Shown: positions 38,056 through 48,779, counted from the stretch's first letter. The stretch: DNA of 64,000 bases from an uncultured Alphaproteobacteria bacterium (GCA_963755055.1 CAVWIS010000004.1:125478-189477), one strand, 5' to 3'. Notes: generated by a model from the sequence alone, not told the origin. Program-made: numbers and translations.

Positions 38056-40266
38056 CTACTTCCCTTCCAGCGTGAAGACCGGCTCCCAATCCGGCCCGGG
38101 CGGGTGGATGACAAGCACCTTCGCCCGCTTCAGGAGCAGCGCGGCCGGCGGGTCCTCCGCGGCGGTCCGTTCGAGGCATTTTGCCGCGCCGGCGAAGTCG
38201 CGCGCGCGCCAGCAGGCGAGGCCCTCGGCATAGATCGCCGCATGGGCCGACTGCTCCGGCGTCTGCCGGCCGGATTCGGCGAGCAACTCGTGGATGGTGA
38301 CGGGCTGGGCCCGGCCCATGACCTTGATCGCCTCGAGCTCGCGCCAGGCGAACGTCGTCCCGGTCAGCGCCACCGTCGCCTGCGATGCCATGATCGACGT
38401 CGCGAAATACTTGTTGGCCCCTTCGAGCCGCGAGGCGAGGTTCACCGCATCGCCGAGCGAGGTGTAGTTGAAGCGGCGCAGCGAGCCGATATTGCCCACC
38501 AGCACCTCGCCCGAGTGCAGCCCGATCCGGTGGCCGATCGCCAGACCCTGGAATTCCGCAACGGTGCGGTTGAGCTCCTCGAGGCGGGCATTGCAGGTGA
38601 GCGCCGCGCGAACCGCATTGCGGGCATGGTCGGGATCGTCCACCGGCGCGCCGAATATCGCCTTGATCGTGTCGCCGACATATTTGTCGATGTAGCCGCC
38701 GTTGTCCTCGATGATGTCGGTCATCGCCGACAGGTAGGTGTTCAGCACGGTCACCAGCGTGCCCGGCGGCATCTTTTCGGCGAACGAGGAAAAACCGGCG
38801 ATATCCGAGAAGAACATCGTGACCTGGCGGACCTCGCCGCCGAGCGCCGGCAGCTTGTTCGCCGTCATCATCCGGTCGATGACCTCGTCCGCCAGGTAGA
38901 GCGCAAAGCTCTTGCGCAGAAACCGCTCCTCCCGGTCGGCGACAGCGAAGCGATACGCGGTGATCGCAACGATGGCGGCGAGCCCCGCCAGGAACGGCTC
39001 CACCAGGGGCAATGCGACAGAATGCGTGAAGGCGAAGGTCGCAGCCGCGGTGCATGCCGCGAAGAACCCCAAATAGGCGCCCGCCGCCCAGGCAGGCGTC
39101 AGCGCCAGCGCCGTCACCGAGGCCAATCCGGCGAACAGGATGGCGATCGCCGCGGAGGCCACCACCCCGGGCTCCGCGACGGTATCGTGACGGACGAGAT
39201 TGTTGACGGCAGTGGCGTGAACGTAGACGCCGGAGATCGATGCCCGCCGCGCCGCCGCCAGGGCCGGCGCCTCGGGCAGCGCGCAGCGCGGAGCCGCGGC
39301 GTGCTCGGGGCCGGTCGCCAGCCGCTTCGAGGTGACCTTGCGGTCCTCGATGTCGAGCAGGGTGCCGACGAGCACGATCTTGCCGCCGAAATGGCGGCGA
39401 AAGAACTCCTTGTCGTCCTTCTCTACGCAGGCGCGCAGATCGGCGAATGAAAAGGTCAGGATATCCTCGGCGCCGCCGTCGAAATTGAGCGTGACGGTGT
39501 TGGCGATCGCGCTCGGAAACCGGCGCCCGGCAAGCGTCAACGTTTCGTCGGGCGAAAACTCGGGAGCGACCCCGAGCGCCCGGGAGGCAAGCTCGACCGC
39601 CATGGACGGCGTGCGCCTGCCCCCGCCGGAAAAGGCCAGCGGCAGGCGGCGCACCACGCCGTCCGGATCGATGTAGACGTTCAGCGGACGGATGTTTCTC
39701 TGCTGACCGACGGCGATCCGCTGCGCCGGGGATGGCCGGACAGGCCGGTCGCGGTCCTCGATCTCGCCGAGCACGACGTTGCCGGAGCGGGCGCCGGCGG
39801 CAAGCGCCCGGAGAAAATCGCGGTCGAAGCCGCGCACGCGCGCGCCCAAGAGGTCGCCGTCGAACGGCATCTCCGATTGCTCGAGCGAGGCGGTAAAAAT
39901 GACGTCGAAGCCGACCACCCTGGCGCCGCCCTCGAGCATTGCGGTGAGCACGCGGCCGATCTCGCGCGTCCAGGTGATGCTCGGCGAGCCTTTGAACGGC
40001 GGGCGCTGGTAGCTCTCCTCGTCGATTGCCACCACCACGACCGGGGCCGATGCGGGGTCATGGCGGGCGCCGAACGCCTGCCAGCGCAGCATCGTGAGCA
40101 GGTCGATCGACAGGCCGTGCAGGATTCCAAGTGCCGGCGACGCGAAGAGCGCGCCGGATGCGAGCGCGATCACGATGACGGCGAGAACGTCGCGTCTGGA
40201 CAGTCGCCGGCGCCGTACGGGCGAGCGACGCGGCAAAGCCCTATTCCAGGCGCAGCAGACGGCCAA
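38056..40266 (-). CDS. CHASE2 sensor-domain adenylate/guanylate cyclase
   Basis: N-terminal TM, a CHASE2-like periplasmic region, a multi-TM segment, then a class-III cyclase domain (...TMFFSDIAGFSSFAE..., ...LHSGEVLVGNIGS...RFNYTSLGDAVNLASRLEG). Start uncertain (the ORF-track start is TTG). Confidence 0.75.
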   Translation of the reverse strand: MAVCCAWNRALPRRSPVRRRRLSRRDVLAVIVIALASGALFASPALGILHGLSIDLLTMLRWQAFGARHDPASAPVVVVAIDEESYQRPPFKGSPSITWTREIGRVLTAMLEGGARVVGFDVIFTASLEQSEMPFDGDLLGARVRGFDRDFLRALAAGARSGNVVLGEIEDRDRPVRPSPAQRIAVGQQRNIRPLNVYIDPDGVVRRLPLAFSGGGRRTPSMAVELASRALGVAPEFSPDETLTLAGRRFPSAIANTVTLNFDGGAEDILTFSFADLRACVEKDDKEFFRRHFGGKIVLVGTLLDIEDRKVTSKRLATGPEHAAAPRCALPEAPALAAARRASISGVYVHATAVNNLVRHDTVAEPGVVASAAIAILFAGLASVTALALTPAWAAGAYLGFFAACTAAATFAFTHSVALPLVEPFLAGLAAIVAITAYRFAVADREERFLRKSFALYLADEVIDRMMTANKLPALGGEVRQVTMFFSDIAGFSSFAEKMPPGTLVTVLNTYLSAMTDIIEDNGGYIDKYVGDTIKAIFGAPVDDPDHARNAVRAALTCNARLEELNRTVAEFQGLAIGHRIGLHSGEVLVGNIGSLRRFNYTSLGDAVNLASRLEGANKYFATSIMASQATVALTGTTFAWRELEAIKVMGRAQPVTIHELLAESGRQTPEQSAHAAIYAEGLACWRARDFAGAAKCLERTAAEDPPAALLLKRAKVLVIHPPGPDWEPVFTLEGK

Positions 40267-40918
40267 TCACCGGGGTCGCCCCGGACCTGCCGTTGAGATC
40301 GACCTTGAAGACCGCCCGCCGCGTCCCGAGGCTCGCCTCGTAGACGACGCCCGGCACCAGCTCCTTGCGGGCCTCGGCGAGATCGTAGAACTTGCCCCGC
40401 ACCAGCGACTTGCCGTCGATCGCCAGCTGATGGCGCTCGCCTTTGCGATCGAGGCGCTCGATCACCAGGGTGCCGGGACGATCGACCTCCACCAGCGGCG
40501 AACGGCCATAGATCGTGACGTAGGGCTGTCGCACCCCTTGCTGGTCCGGCGCCATGTTGCGGAATACGGTCGCCGCGCTCTGACCCTGCACGGGCTCGGC
40601 GAGCTGCGTCTGGTTCGAGTCGCAGTCGACCCTCTGGCGATACAGCTTGCCGTTCTCGACCGTGCTCTGCTCGCGGCCGACGGTCACGACCCCGCCGGTG
40701 ATCCGTTCCTGCAGACAGGAGGTCATGTAGCCGAGCACGACCACATCTTGCGGACCGAGCCTGATCACCGTTCCCGGCGTGACGTAGTCCATGAACTCGA
40801 TGCCGGGGATTTTTCCGGTGACCTCCTCGACCACCGCGACCGGAGGCTGGGCCGCGGCCGCCGCCGCGAACCCGAGCCCGCCGACCAAAGCGCCGACGAA
40901 CATCCTGATATGTGCCAT
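40241..40918 (-). CDS. Secreted hypothetical protein (upstream partner of the CHASE2 cyclase)
   Basis: Signal peptide MAHIRMFVGALVGGLGFAAAAAAQP. Overlaps the cyclase start by about 25 nt, so the two are probably co-operonic. Confidence 0.5.
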   Translation of the reverse strand: MAHIRMFVGALVGGLGFAAAAAAQPPVAVVEEVTGKIPGIEFMDYVTPGTVIRLGPQDVVVLGYMTSCLQERITGGVVTVGREQSTVENGKLYRQRVDCDSNQTQLAEPVQGQSAATVFRNMAPDQQGVRQPYVTIYGRSPLVEVDRPGTLVIERLDRKGERHQLAIDGKSLVRGKFYDLAEARKELVPGVVYEASLGTRRAVFKVDLNGRSGATPVIGRLLRLE

Positions 40919-41229
40919 AGCGGGGGGTATCCTTCCGTGACTGGTTTTGCCGGCAAATGTACGGCCTTGACGAGCAAGAGCCGTGATCCAGACCACCCCG
41001 GGCCTTGAGACCCCGCAATGCCGGAGAGCATGTGCGAGTTCGCGACGATTGTCCATTCACTTGCCGCGGCGCAGCGCAAAGAAAATCGTCCATTTTCTCG
41101 CCCTGGTTGCGCACGCGGCGGCGACGCGCACGAGACTGTGACCGCCGCGCGGCGACGGTGCGTGCAGGTCGCCTTGGGTTGGGATTTGCCGGCCATGAGT
41201 ACCGCTCCCGGTTGCCGGCGTCGGTTTCA

Positions 41230-41358
41230 ATTCACGCCACCTTCAATGTCGGAATGGCCTTAATCTTCTCCCCGAGCTCGCTGGGACGGCCCGTCAAGGA
41301 GATGATCGGCGGCATTACCGGATGGCAAGATGAAGGCTTCGAGCTCGCACACATCTGA
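41230..41358 (+). pseudogene. Possible C-terminal remnant of a rhodanese-domain gene
   Basis: ...LGRPVKEMIGGITGWQDEGFELAHI* resembles a rhodanese C-terminus (GGxxAWxxAGxP). No upstream body is present. Confidence 0.25.
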
Positions 41359-41486
41359 AACGAGGCATTAAGGTCACTGTATTCCTGACGGACAGCCGGA
41401 ATTCGCCGCCATGAACACAGTCTACGGGCAGCAAATCGAGCAGCCGTAGCCCGCGCAAACAACGATCGCAGGTACCGGGACAATCT

Positions 41487-42284
41487 TCAGGCAAGAGTTC
41501 GATGATGTCTGCGTACGCCATATATGGCGGCGTTCCAAGCAACAGAAACGCCAAGGGCGAGAACGAGAGCCAGCGCGGACCCGACTGGCTCCGCTGTTAG
41601 GTGCAGCGTCAGCAGCGCTGCACCAAACCCGGCAAGGCCGGAAATGGCGTTCGCCAGCACCGCGGCCGTAGCCGGGCCGCCGATGCGGCGATGCAAGATC
41701 AGCATGATGCTCGCATAGATCACAGGGAAAACAGCAAGCACGCCGCTTCCTTCCGCGCCAATTTTGAAACTTAAGGCGACAATGACGCCGACGAGCACGG
41801 TCACCATACCGGCCCTTATGACCAAGTCGTACCAGGCCTGCGTCGTCGTTGGCATGCGTACGTGAGAGAACGGCCTCACAATGAAGAAGCAGGACGCGAA
41901 AACAACCAGATTGAGAACGAATGCTCGGGATACAGTCCAGTGAAAAGCGCTGAGCGCCAACGTGGTCGTGAGCCATACCACGAATGCAACGGACACGCTG
42001 AGCCACAGCGAGTGTCGTTGTGCAATCAGTACGTAGGTCGTTAGAAAGATCGCGGTTGCGGCGTTCAATGCTAGGCTTGCCACCGCGCTCGCGGAAATAA
42101 AAGCCGCGTCGTGATCGAGCGCCAAGAACACGTAAACAGGCCCAGCTGAGACGGGCAGCGTCGCCACGAGCGCTCCCACGATGGCGCCGAGTCTTTCCGC
42201 TATGATGGTCGCTATGCTCACGAACAAGGCGGTGACCGCCATTTTCGCTGCAAGCGCAAGCCAGAATATAAGTTCGGGAGACAT
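41487..42284 (-). CDS. Hypothetical multi-pass membrane protein
   Basis: About 8 hydrophobic helices. Lower GC than its surroundings. Confidence 0.5.
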   Translation of the reverse strand: MSPELIFWLALAAKMAVTALFVSIATIIAERLGAIVGALVATLPVSAGPVYVFLALDHDAAFISASAVASLALNAATAIFLTTYVLIAQRHSLWLSVSVAFVVWLTTTLALSAFHWTVSRAFVLNLVVFASCFFIVRPFSHVRMPTTTQAWYDLVIRAGMVTVLVGVIVALSFKIGAEGSGVLAVFPVIYASIMLILHRRIGGPATAAVLANAISGLAGFGAALLTLHLTAEPVGSALALVLALGVSVAWNAAIYGVRRHHRTLA

Positions 42285-42533
42285 CGTGCCTGAAACTCCG
42301 CGATAAAATGGGGAAACTGCTGCGCTGGTTGTAGATGCCCGCCGCCGGTCTAACCTTCGCGGTTGCTGGATGCCCAGTACAAGAGCACGCCGATCCGCCG
42401 CATCTGTTCGGACTCCGCGCCGGCGTCGATCAGCAAATAAACTCGCGTCGCCTCACCGGCCGCCGCTTCAGCCAGACGCACCTATCCTACCACACCGCTG
42501 ACGAGCAGACCGCATCGAGCGGTACGCTACCGC

Positions 42534-43100
42534 ATGACGTCTGCTTCGGGTCTTTCGCGTCGATATTGCCATGTGCGCTGCTTGGTCCGCTATCCACAAC
42601 ACCGGACATTACCACGTCCGACTGAGACCTGTCTGGTTGCCGCCTTCCTGCGCCGGTTCTGCAAACAACGGGCACAGCCGCCGCAGCTCCCGCATTCCGC
42701 CGAATTGCGCAAGCGAGCAAGCGAAGCAGACGCCAAACTCAAGCGGCTCTACGACGCGATCGAGAACGGGATGGCCAATCTCTCCGACCCGATGTTGAAG
42801 GACCGAATTGCCGAGCTCAAGGCGATCCGCGATCAGGCCCGCGCCGACGCAGAGCGGGCCGAGGATGCAATCGAACGGCTCGGACCGAGCATCGCAGCGC
42901 AAGCTCTCAGAACGTTCGCCAAGCAGGCCCGCAAGCGGATGCGGACCGAGAGTGGCGGCTACCGTCGCGACCATCTCCGCGCGCTCGCCCAGCGCGTCGA
43001 AGTCGACGCGAAAGAAGTTCGTATCGTGGGATCGAAAAGCGCACCTCTTCGCACCCTCGTCGCCGCTTCGAGCGCGAAAACGGCGGGTTTTGGCGTTACC
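42534..43100 (+). pseudogene. C-terminal fragment of a large serine recombinase (zinc-ribbon remnant plus coiled-coil tail)
   Basis: ...AELRKRASEADAKLKRLYDAIENGMANLSDPMLKDRIAELKAIRDQARADAERAEDAIERLG...DHLRALAQRVEVDAKEVRIVGSKSAPLRTLVAASSAK matches the conserved C-terminal region of recombinase-family proteins. No catalytic N-terminal domain is present. The frame reads through into the next gene. Confidence 0.6.
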
Positions 43101-43124
43101 AGTTTTGTACCGACGTGGCGCCCC

Positions 43125-43175
43125 GGAAGGGATTCGAACACTTGGCTCCGGGCTTGGAAAGCCGGCGGCCGGCCC
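43125..43175 (-). other. 3' half of a tRNA gene (tRNA-Gly(UCC)-like): candidate att-site remnant
   Basis: The minus-strand sequence carries an anticodon loop TTTCCAA, a T-arm AAGTG-TTCGAAT-CCCTT, acceptor strand CCGGGGC-G-CCA, and stem mismatches. No 5' half (acceptor 5' strand / D-arm) can be folded. Confidence 0.45.
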
Positions 43176-43305
43176 GGCTCGACAGCGACCGGCCGAGCTT
43201 CCCCCTCGCCCGCCGTGCTACTATCCCGCCCTCCCCGGAGCCAACCGGGACGGGCCACATCGGGCAGGTTTCGCCCTGCCCGGCGACAAGCATTGCCACG
43301 GAGGA

Positions 43306-44870
43306 ACCACCCGATGAGCTGGCAGAACGAGCTCGAGGAGCTGCGCCGGCGCGAGGCGCTTGCCCGCGAGATGGGCGGGCCCGACAAGGTGCGGCGGCAG
43401 CACGACGGCGGCCGACTGACCGTGCGCGAGCGCATCGGCAAGCTCATCGATCCGGGCAGCTTTCACGAGGTCGGCGCGCTCGCCGGCCGCGCCCAGTATG
43501 ACGCGGCGGGCGACCTCGTCTCGTTCACGCCGGCGAACTGCGTGTTCGGCCGCGGCATGGTCGACGGCCGGCCGGTCGTGGTGGTGGGCGACGATTTCAC
43601 CGTGCGCGGCGGCTCGGCGGACGCCACCATCCGCGAAAAACCGCTGATGGCCGAGCAGATGGCGAGCGAGTTCCGCCTGCCGATCATCCGCATCATCGAG
43701 GGGTCCGGCGGCGGCGGCTCGGTGAAGACCATCGAGACGACCGGGCGCGCCAACCTGCCGGGCGGCGTCGGCGGCTCGATGGGCTTCCATTACGCCACCG
43801 CCAACCTCGCCGTGGTCCCGGTGGTGGCGCTCGGCCTCGGCTCGGTGGCGGGGCTCGGCGCGGCGCGGCTTGCCGCCAGCCACTACTCGGTGATGACCAA
43901 AACCTCCGCCATGTTCGTCGCCGGGCCGCCGGTGGTGGCGCGGATCGGCGAGGATCTGACCAAGCAGGAGCTCGGCGGCTGGCAGATCCAGACGCGCAGC
44001 GGCGCGGTGGACCACGCGGTCGACACCGAGGACGAGGCTTTCGCCTGCACGCGTCGCTTCTTGTCCTATCTGCCGAGCTCGGTGCACGCGGTGGCGCCAA
44101 GAATCGCCAGCGACGACGATCCGCGGCGACGCGACGAAAGCCTGATGAAGGCGATCCCGCGCGACCGCCGAAAAGTCTACAAGATGCGCCCGATCGTCGA
44201 GACATTGGTCGACCGCGGCAGCTTTTTCGAGATGGGAAGCATGTTCGGCCGCTCGGTCATTACCGGGTTCGCCCGGCTCGAGGGCCGCGCCGTCGCCGTG
44301 ATGGCAAGCGATCCCTATTTCCACGCCGGCGCCTGGACGGCGGAGAGCTGCCAGAAGGTGGTGCGGTTCCTCGATCTCGCCGAAACCTTCCACCTGCCGG
44401 TGGTCTACCTGATGGACTGCCCGGGTTTTCTGATCGGGCTGGAGGCCGAGCGGACGGCGACGATCCGCCATGGCGTCCGCGCCATGGCGGCGATGAACCA
44501 GACCACCGTGCCGTGGTGCACCATCATCGTGCGCAACTCCTTCGGCGTCGCCGGCGCCGTGCACAAGCCGGCCGGGCGGCTGGCGCTGCGCTATGCCTGG
44601 CTCTCCGGCTACTGGGGCTCGCTGCCGCTCGAAGGCGGCATCGAGGCGGCCTATCGGGCCGACATCGACGCCGCGGCCGATCCGGCAGCAAAGCTCGGCG
44701 AGATCGAGACGCGGCTCAACAAGCTGCGCTCGCCGTTCCGCACCGCGGAAACGTTCTGGGTCGAAGAAATCATCGACCCGCGCGACACCAGGGCGCTCAT
44801 CTGCGAGTTCGCGCGCCTCGCCGAGCCGCTGCTGACCCCCGGGCCGTCCGCCTTCCCGATGCGGCCCTGA
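43306..44870 (+). CDS. Acyl-CoA carboxylase carboxyltransferase subunit (propionyl-CoA carboxylase beta / AccD superfamily)
   Basis: MSWQNELEELRRREALAREMGGPDKVRRQHDGGRLTVRERIGKLIDPGSF...: duplicated crotonase-fold CT domains. Own ATG at 43306; the 778-aa ORF is an artefactual fusion with the recombinase fragment. Confidence 0.8.
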
Positions 44871-45091
44871 CGCCGCGTCATCTCCCGTGCTTGTCCGACC
44901 GCGGCTGGTCGATCTCTTTTCGCTCGAGCGGCGGCGAGATTCGGCCAACACGGTGCATGTCCGAGTTGCGCCACCATCGCGCCGTGATAGGCTGACCACA
45001 ACGGCGCCGAGACGCCGAGCAAAGCAAGAATGCCAGCGCATGTCCCGGCTCCAAGGGAACCGGGCGAGCGCCGGCGGGGAGCGGGCGGTCA

Positions 45092-46055
45092 ATGCAGGCC
45101 TATATCGCGCGACGACTGCTGGCGCTGCTGCCGACGCTGTTCTTCGCCAGCATCATCGTCTTCGTCACCGTGCGGCTGATTCCCGGCGACGTCATCGACC
45201 TGATGCTCAGCCAGAACGACGTCAGCGCCGGCAAGCTGAGCCGCGACCAGCTGATCGCAGGCGCTCGGCCTCGACCGCCCGATGTGGCGAGCAGTACCTG
45301 CGCTGGGTCGGCGGCATCGTGCTGCACGGCGATCTCGGCAACTCGCTGTGGCAGAACACGCCGGTCGGCGAATAGCTGTTCGCGCCGGCTGCCGGTCACC
45401 TTCGAGCTCGGTCTCCTCGCGCTGATCGTCGCGCTGATCGATCGCGATCCCGATCGGCGTCTATTCGGCGGTGCGCCAGGACACCGCCGGCGACTACCTG
45501 GCGCGCTCGTTCTCCATCCTGATGCTGGCGGTGCCCGAGCTTCTGGCTGGGCACGATGGTGATGGTGTTCCCGTCGATCTGGTGGGGCTGGTCGCCGGAG
45601 GTGAAGTACGTCCCCTTTCGCGACGATCCGCTGCAGAACCTCAAGCAGATGATCATCCCGGCGGTCGTGCTCGGAGCTGGCGCTGTCGGCGATCACCATG
45701 CGGCTGACCCGCACCATGATGCTGGAGGTGCTGCGCCAGGACTACATCCGCACCGCCTGGGCCAAGGGCCTGAGCGAGCGGCTGGTGGTCGTGCGCCATG
45801 CGCTGCGCAACGCGCTGATCCCGGTGGTCACCCTGTCGGCCTGCAGGCGCCGCTGCTGATCGGCGGCGCCGTCATCATCGAGCAGATCTTCGTCATTCCC
45901 GGGCATGGGCCTGCTGCTGCTCGACGCGGTGAGCCAGCGCGACTATCCGATCATCACCGGCGTGTTCCTGATCGTCGGCGTCGCCGTGATGCTGATCAAC
46001 CTGCTGGTCGATCTGAGCTACGGCGCTGCTCGATCCCAAGGTGAGGTACCGCTGA
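45092..46055 (+). pseudogene. Dpp/Opp-type peptide ABC transporter permease (DppB-like), multiply frameshifted
   Basis: Recognisable DppB segments appear in all three + frames in succession (MQAYIARRLLALLPTLFFASIIVFVTVRLIPGDVIDLML... / ...YLRWVGGIVLHGDLGNSLWQNTPV / ...LPVTFELGLLALIVALI / ...MVFPSIWWGWSPEVKYVPF... / ...[30 protein letters not shown] / ...DYPIITGVFLIVGVAVMLINLLVDLSYG). Confidence 0.7.
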
Positions 46056-46959
46056 TGGCGACGCGTCGCCGAGACCGTTGCCTGCGCCGGCCGCCCGCGC
46101 GGCGCGCTCGGCCGCGCTTCCTGCTCGGCTGTTCCGCGAGAAGCCGCTGGGCGCCGCCTGCGCGGTCGTGCTTCTGCTGTTCCTGCTCTGCGGCATCTTC
46201 GCCGACCTGGCTGGCGCCCTACGGCTTCAACGAGATCAGCCCGATCAACCGGCTGAAGCCGCCCGTCGCTGGAAGTTCCCGTTCGGCACCGACAATCTCG
46301 GCCGCGACATGCTCTCGCGCTGCCTCTACGGCGCGCAGCTGTCGGTGATCATCGGCTTCTCGGCGGCCGGCCTCGCCACCGCTGATCTCGGTCGTGCATC
46401 GGCATCGTCACCGGCTACCTCGGCGGCACGGTTCGACATGGTCATGCAGCGCTTCGTCGACGCCTGGATGAGCTTCCCCGACCTCGTCATCCTGATCGTC
46501 GTCGTCTCGGTGGTCGGGCCCGGCATGCCGCAGATCATCGTGCACGCTCGGCCTGCTGCTCGGCATCGCCGGCTCGCGCATCATCCGCAGCGCCGTGGTC
46601 TCGGTGCGCGAGAACATGTACGTGCATGCCGCGCAGTCGATCGGCGCCTCGACCGCCGCGCATCCTGTGGCGCCACATCCTGCCCAACGTGCATGCCGCC
46701 GGTGATCGTGCTGTTCACCACCCGCGTCGGCACCGTGATCCTGGCCGAATCGGGCCTGTCGTTCCTCGGCCTCGGCGTGCCGCCGCCGGCGCCGACCTGG
46801 GGCGGCATGCTGTCGGGCAGCGGCCGCACCTACATGTTCCAGGGGCCGTGGCTGGCGCTGGCGCCCGGCCTGTGCCTCACCGTCGTGGTCTATGCCACCA
46901 ACATGTTCGGCGACGCGCTGCGCGACCTGCTCGACCCGCGCATGCGCGGAGCGCGCTGA
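46055..46959 (+). pseudogene. Dpp/Opp-type ABC permease (DppC-like), multiply frameshifted
   Basis: DppC motifs are split across frames (FREKPLGAACAVVLLLFLLCGIFADL / LAPYGFNEISPINRLKPP / FGTDNLGRDMLSRCLYGAQLSVIIGF / FDMVMQRFVDAWMSFPDLVILIVVVSVVGPG / ...ILAESGLSFLGLGVPPPAPTWGGMLSG...). Confidence 0.7.
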
Positions 46960-46981
46960 ATGACAACCTGAGGAGGACATC

Positions 46982-48779
46982 ATGACCGATCCATCGAGAT
47001 CACGGAAGTCGCAAGAACTAGCGCTGCCGGTCGCGCTGGCGCTCGCTCGCTCGGCGGCGAGCCGCGGCGCCGGCCGAGACGCGAGAAGCCGCAGTACGGC
47101 GGCGCGCTCGAGATCGGCACGGTCTACGTGACGCTGTCGGCGCTGTCGTGGGACCCGGCCGACTGGAACTGGAAGCTCAACCACGACACCGGCCTGTTCT
47201 ACGAGCAGCTGTTCGCCGCCGACCTCGCCAAGAGCGAAGCGCAAGGGCGGCAAGCACACCGTTCTACGCCGACGCCTGGCTGCCGTCCGACGCGATCCGC
47301 GGCGAGCTGGCCGAGAGCTGGGAGTGGAAGGAGAACCCGCTGCGCGTCGAGGTGCAAGCTGCGCAAGGGCGTGATGTTCCCCGAGAAGCCCGGCGTCATG
47401 GAGGCGCGCGAGCTCACCGCCGACGACGTGGTGTTCAGCTTCAACCGGCTCGACCAGAGCCCGAAGAAGATCGCCGGGCTACTTCGACCACGTCGACAAG
47501 GTCGAGGCGACCGACAAGCACACGGTCGTCTTCACCTTCAAGGACTACAACGCCGAGTGGGACTACCGCTTCGGCTGGGGCTACTACTCGGCCATCATGC
47601 CCAAGGAGGTGGTCGACGCCGGCGCCGGCCAACTGGAAGAACGTCAACGGCACCGGGCCGTTCAGCTGACCGACTTCGTGCAGGGCAACTCCAACACCTA
47701 CACCAAGAACCCGATCTACTGGGACAAGGAGAAGATCGGCGGCGACGAGTACAAGCTGCCCTTCGTCGACAAGATCGTCTACCGCACCATCAAGGACGAG
47801 GCGACCTTCGTCACGGCGCTGCGCACCGGCAAGCTCGACATGCTGGAGGCGATCCGCTGGCAGCACGTCGACAGCTGAAGAAGAGCGCGCCGCAGCTCAA
47901 GTGGACGCGCTGGCTGTCAATGTCGGGCACGTTCCTCGCGCATGCGCGTCGACACCAAGCCGTTCGACGACATCCGCGTGCGCCGCGCGCTGAACATGGC
48001 GGTCAACAAGCAGGAGATCGTCAAGGCCTACTACAGCGGCAACGCCGAGCTGTTCGCCTATCCGCAGCATCCCGACTATATCGGCTACTTCGAGCCGCTC
48101 GACACGATGCCGGCATCGGTGAAGGAGCTGTTCACCTACGACCCCGCCAAGGCCAAGAAGCTGCTGGCCGAGGCCGGCTACCCCAAGGGCTTCACCTTCA
48201 AGGTCCAGGTCTGCTCGTGCAGCCCCGACCACATGGACCTGCTGCCGCTGGTGGCCGCCTATCTCGAGCAGGTCGGCGTCAAGATCGAGATCCAGCCGAT
48301 GGAGTACGGCGCCTTCCTCTCGGCGATGACCACGCGGACCAACGCGCCCGGCTACTTCATGAACAACGGCCACACCAACCCGACCACCACGCATCCGCAA
48401 GAGCTTCGTCACCGGGCCAGGTGTGGAACCCGTCGCAGTGGTCACGACCCGAGATACGACAAGAAGATGGCGCGAGGTCTATCGCGAGCGCGACGAGGAG
48501 CAAGCGCCAGGCGATGATCCGGCGAGATGACGCGCGAGATCCTCGACAAGGCGCCGTACATCTGGCTGCCCACGCCCTACATCTACACCGCCTGGTGGCC
48601 GTGGGTGAAGAACTACGGCGGCGAGCTGCGCGCCGGCGCGGTGCGCCCCGGCCCGATCTACGCGCGCATCTGGGTCGACCAGGAGCTGAAGAAGAAGATG
48701 GGATTACTGAGCAGCTGCACCGGTCGCACCGCCGACGTGGCCGCACGCCTCTGCTCGAGGTCCGCAACCTGACCACGCG

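Noticed and set aside
38056-40266. ATG-initiated start for the CHASE2 cyclase at 40266
   Set aside because: The codon at the ORF-track start is TTG; the true start is uncertain (TTG at 40266 or the internal ATG near 40089), so the start was not asserted with confidence.
43125-43175. Complete tRNA gene
   Set aside because: Only the anticodon arm, T-arm and 3' acceptor strand can be folded (with mismatches); there is no 5' acceptor strand or D-arm upstream.
42534-44870. 778-aa single ORF
   Set aside because: Chimeric read-through. The recombinase tail, the tRNA 3' scar and the carboxyltransferase are three different entities; the carboxyltransferase has its own ATG at 43306.
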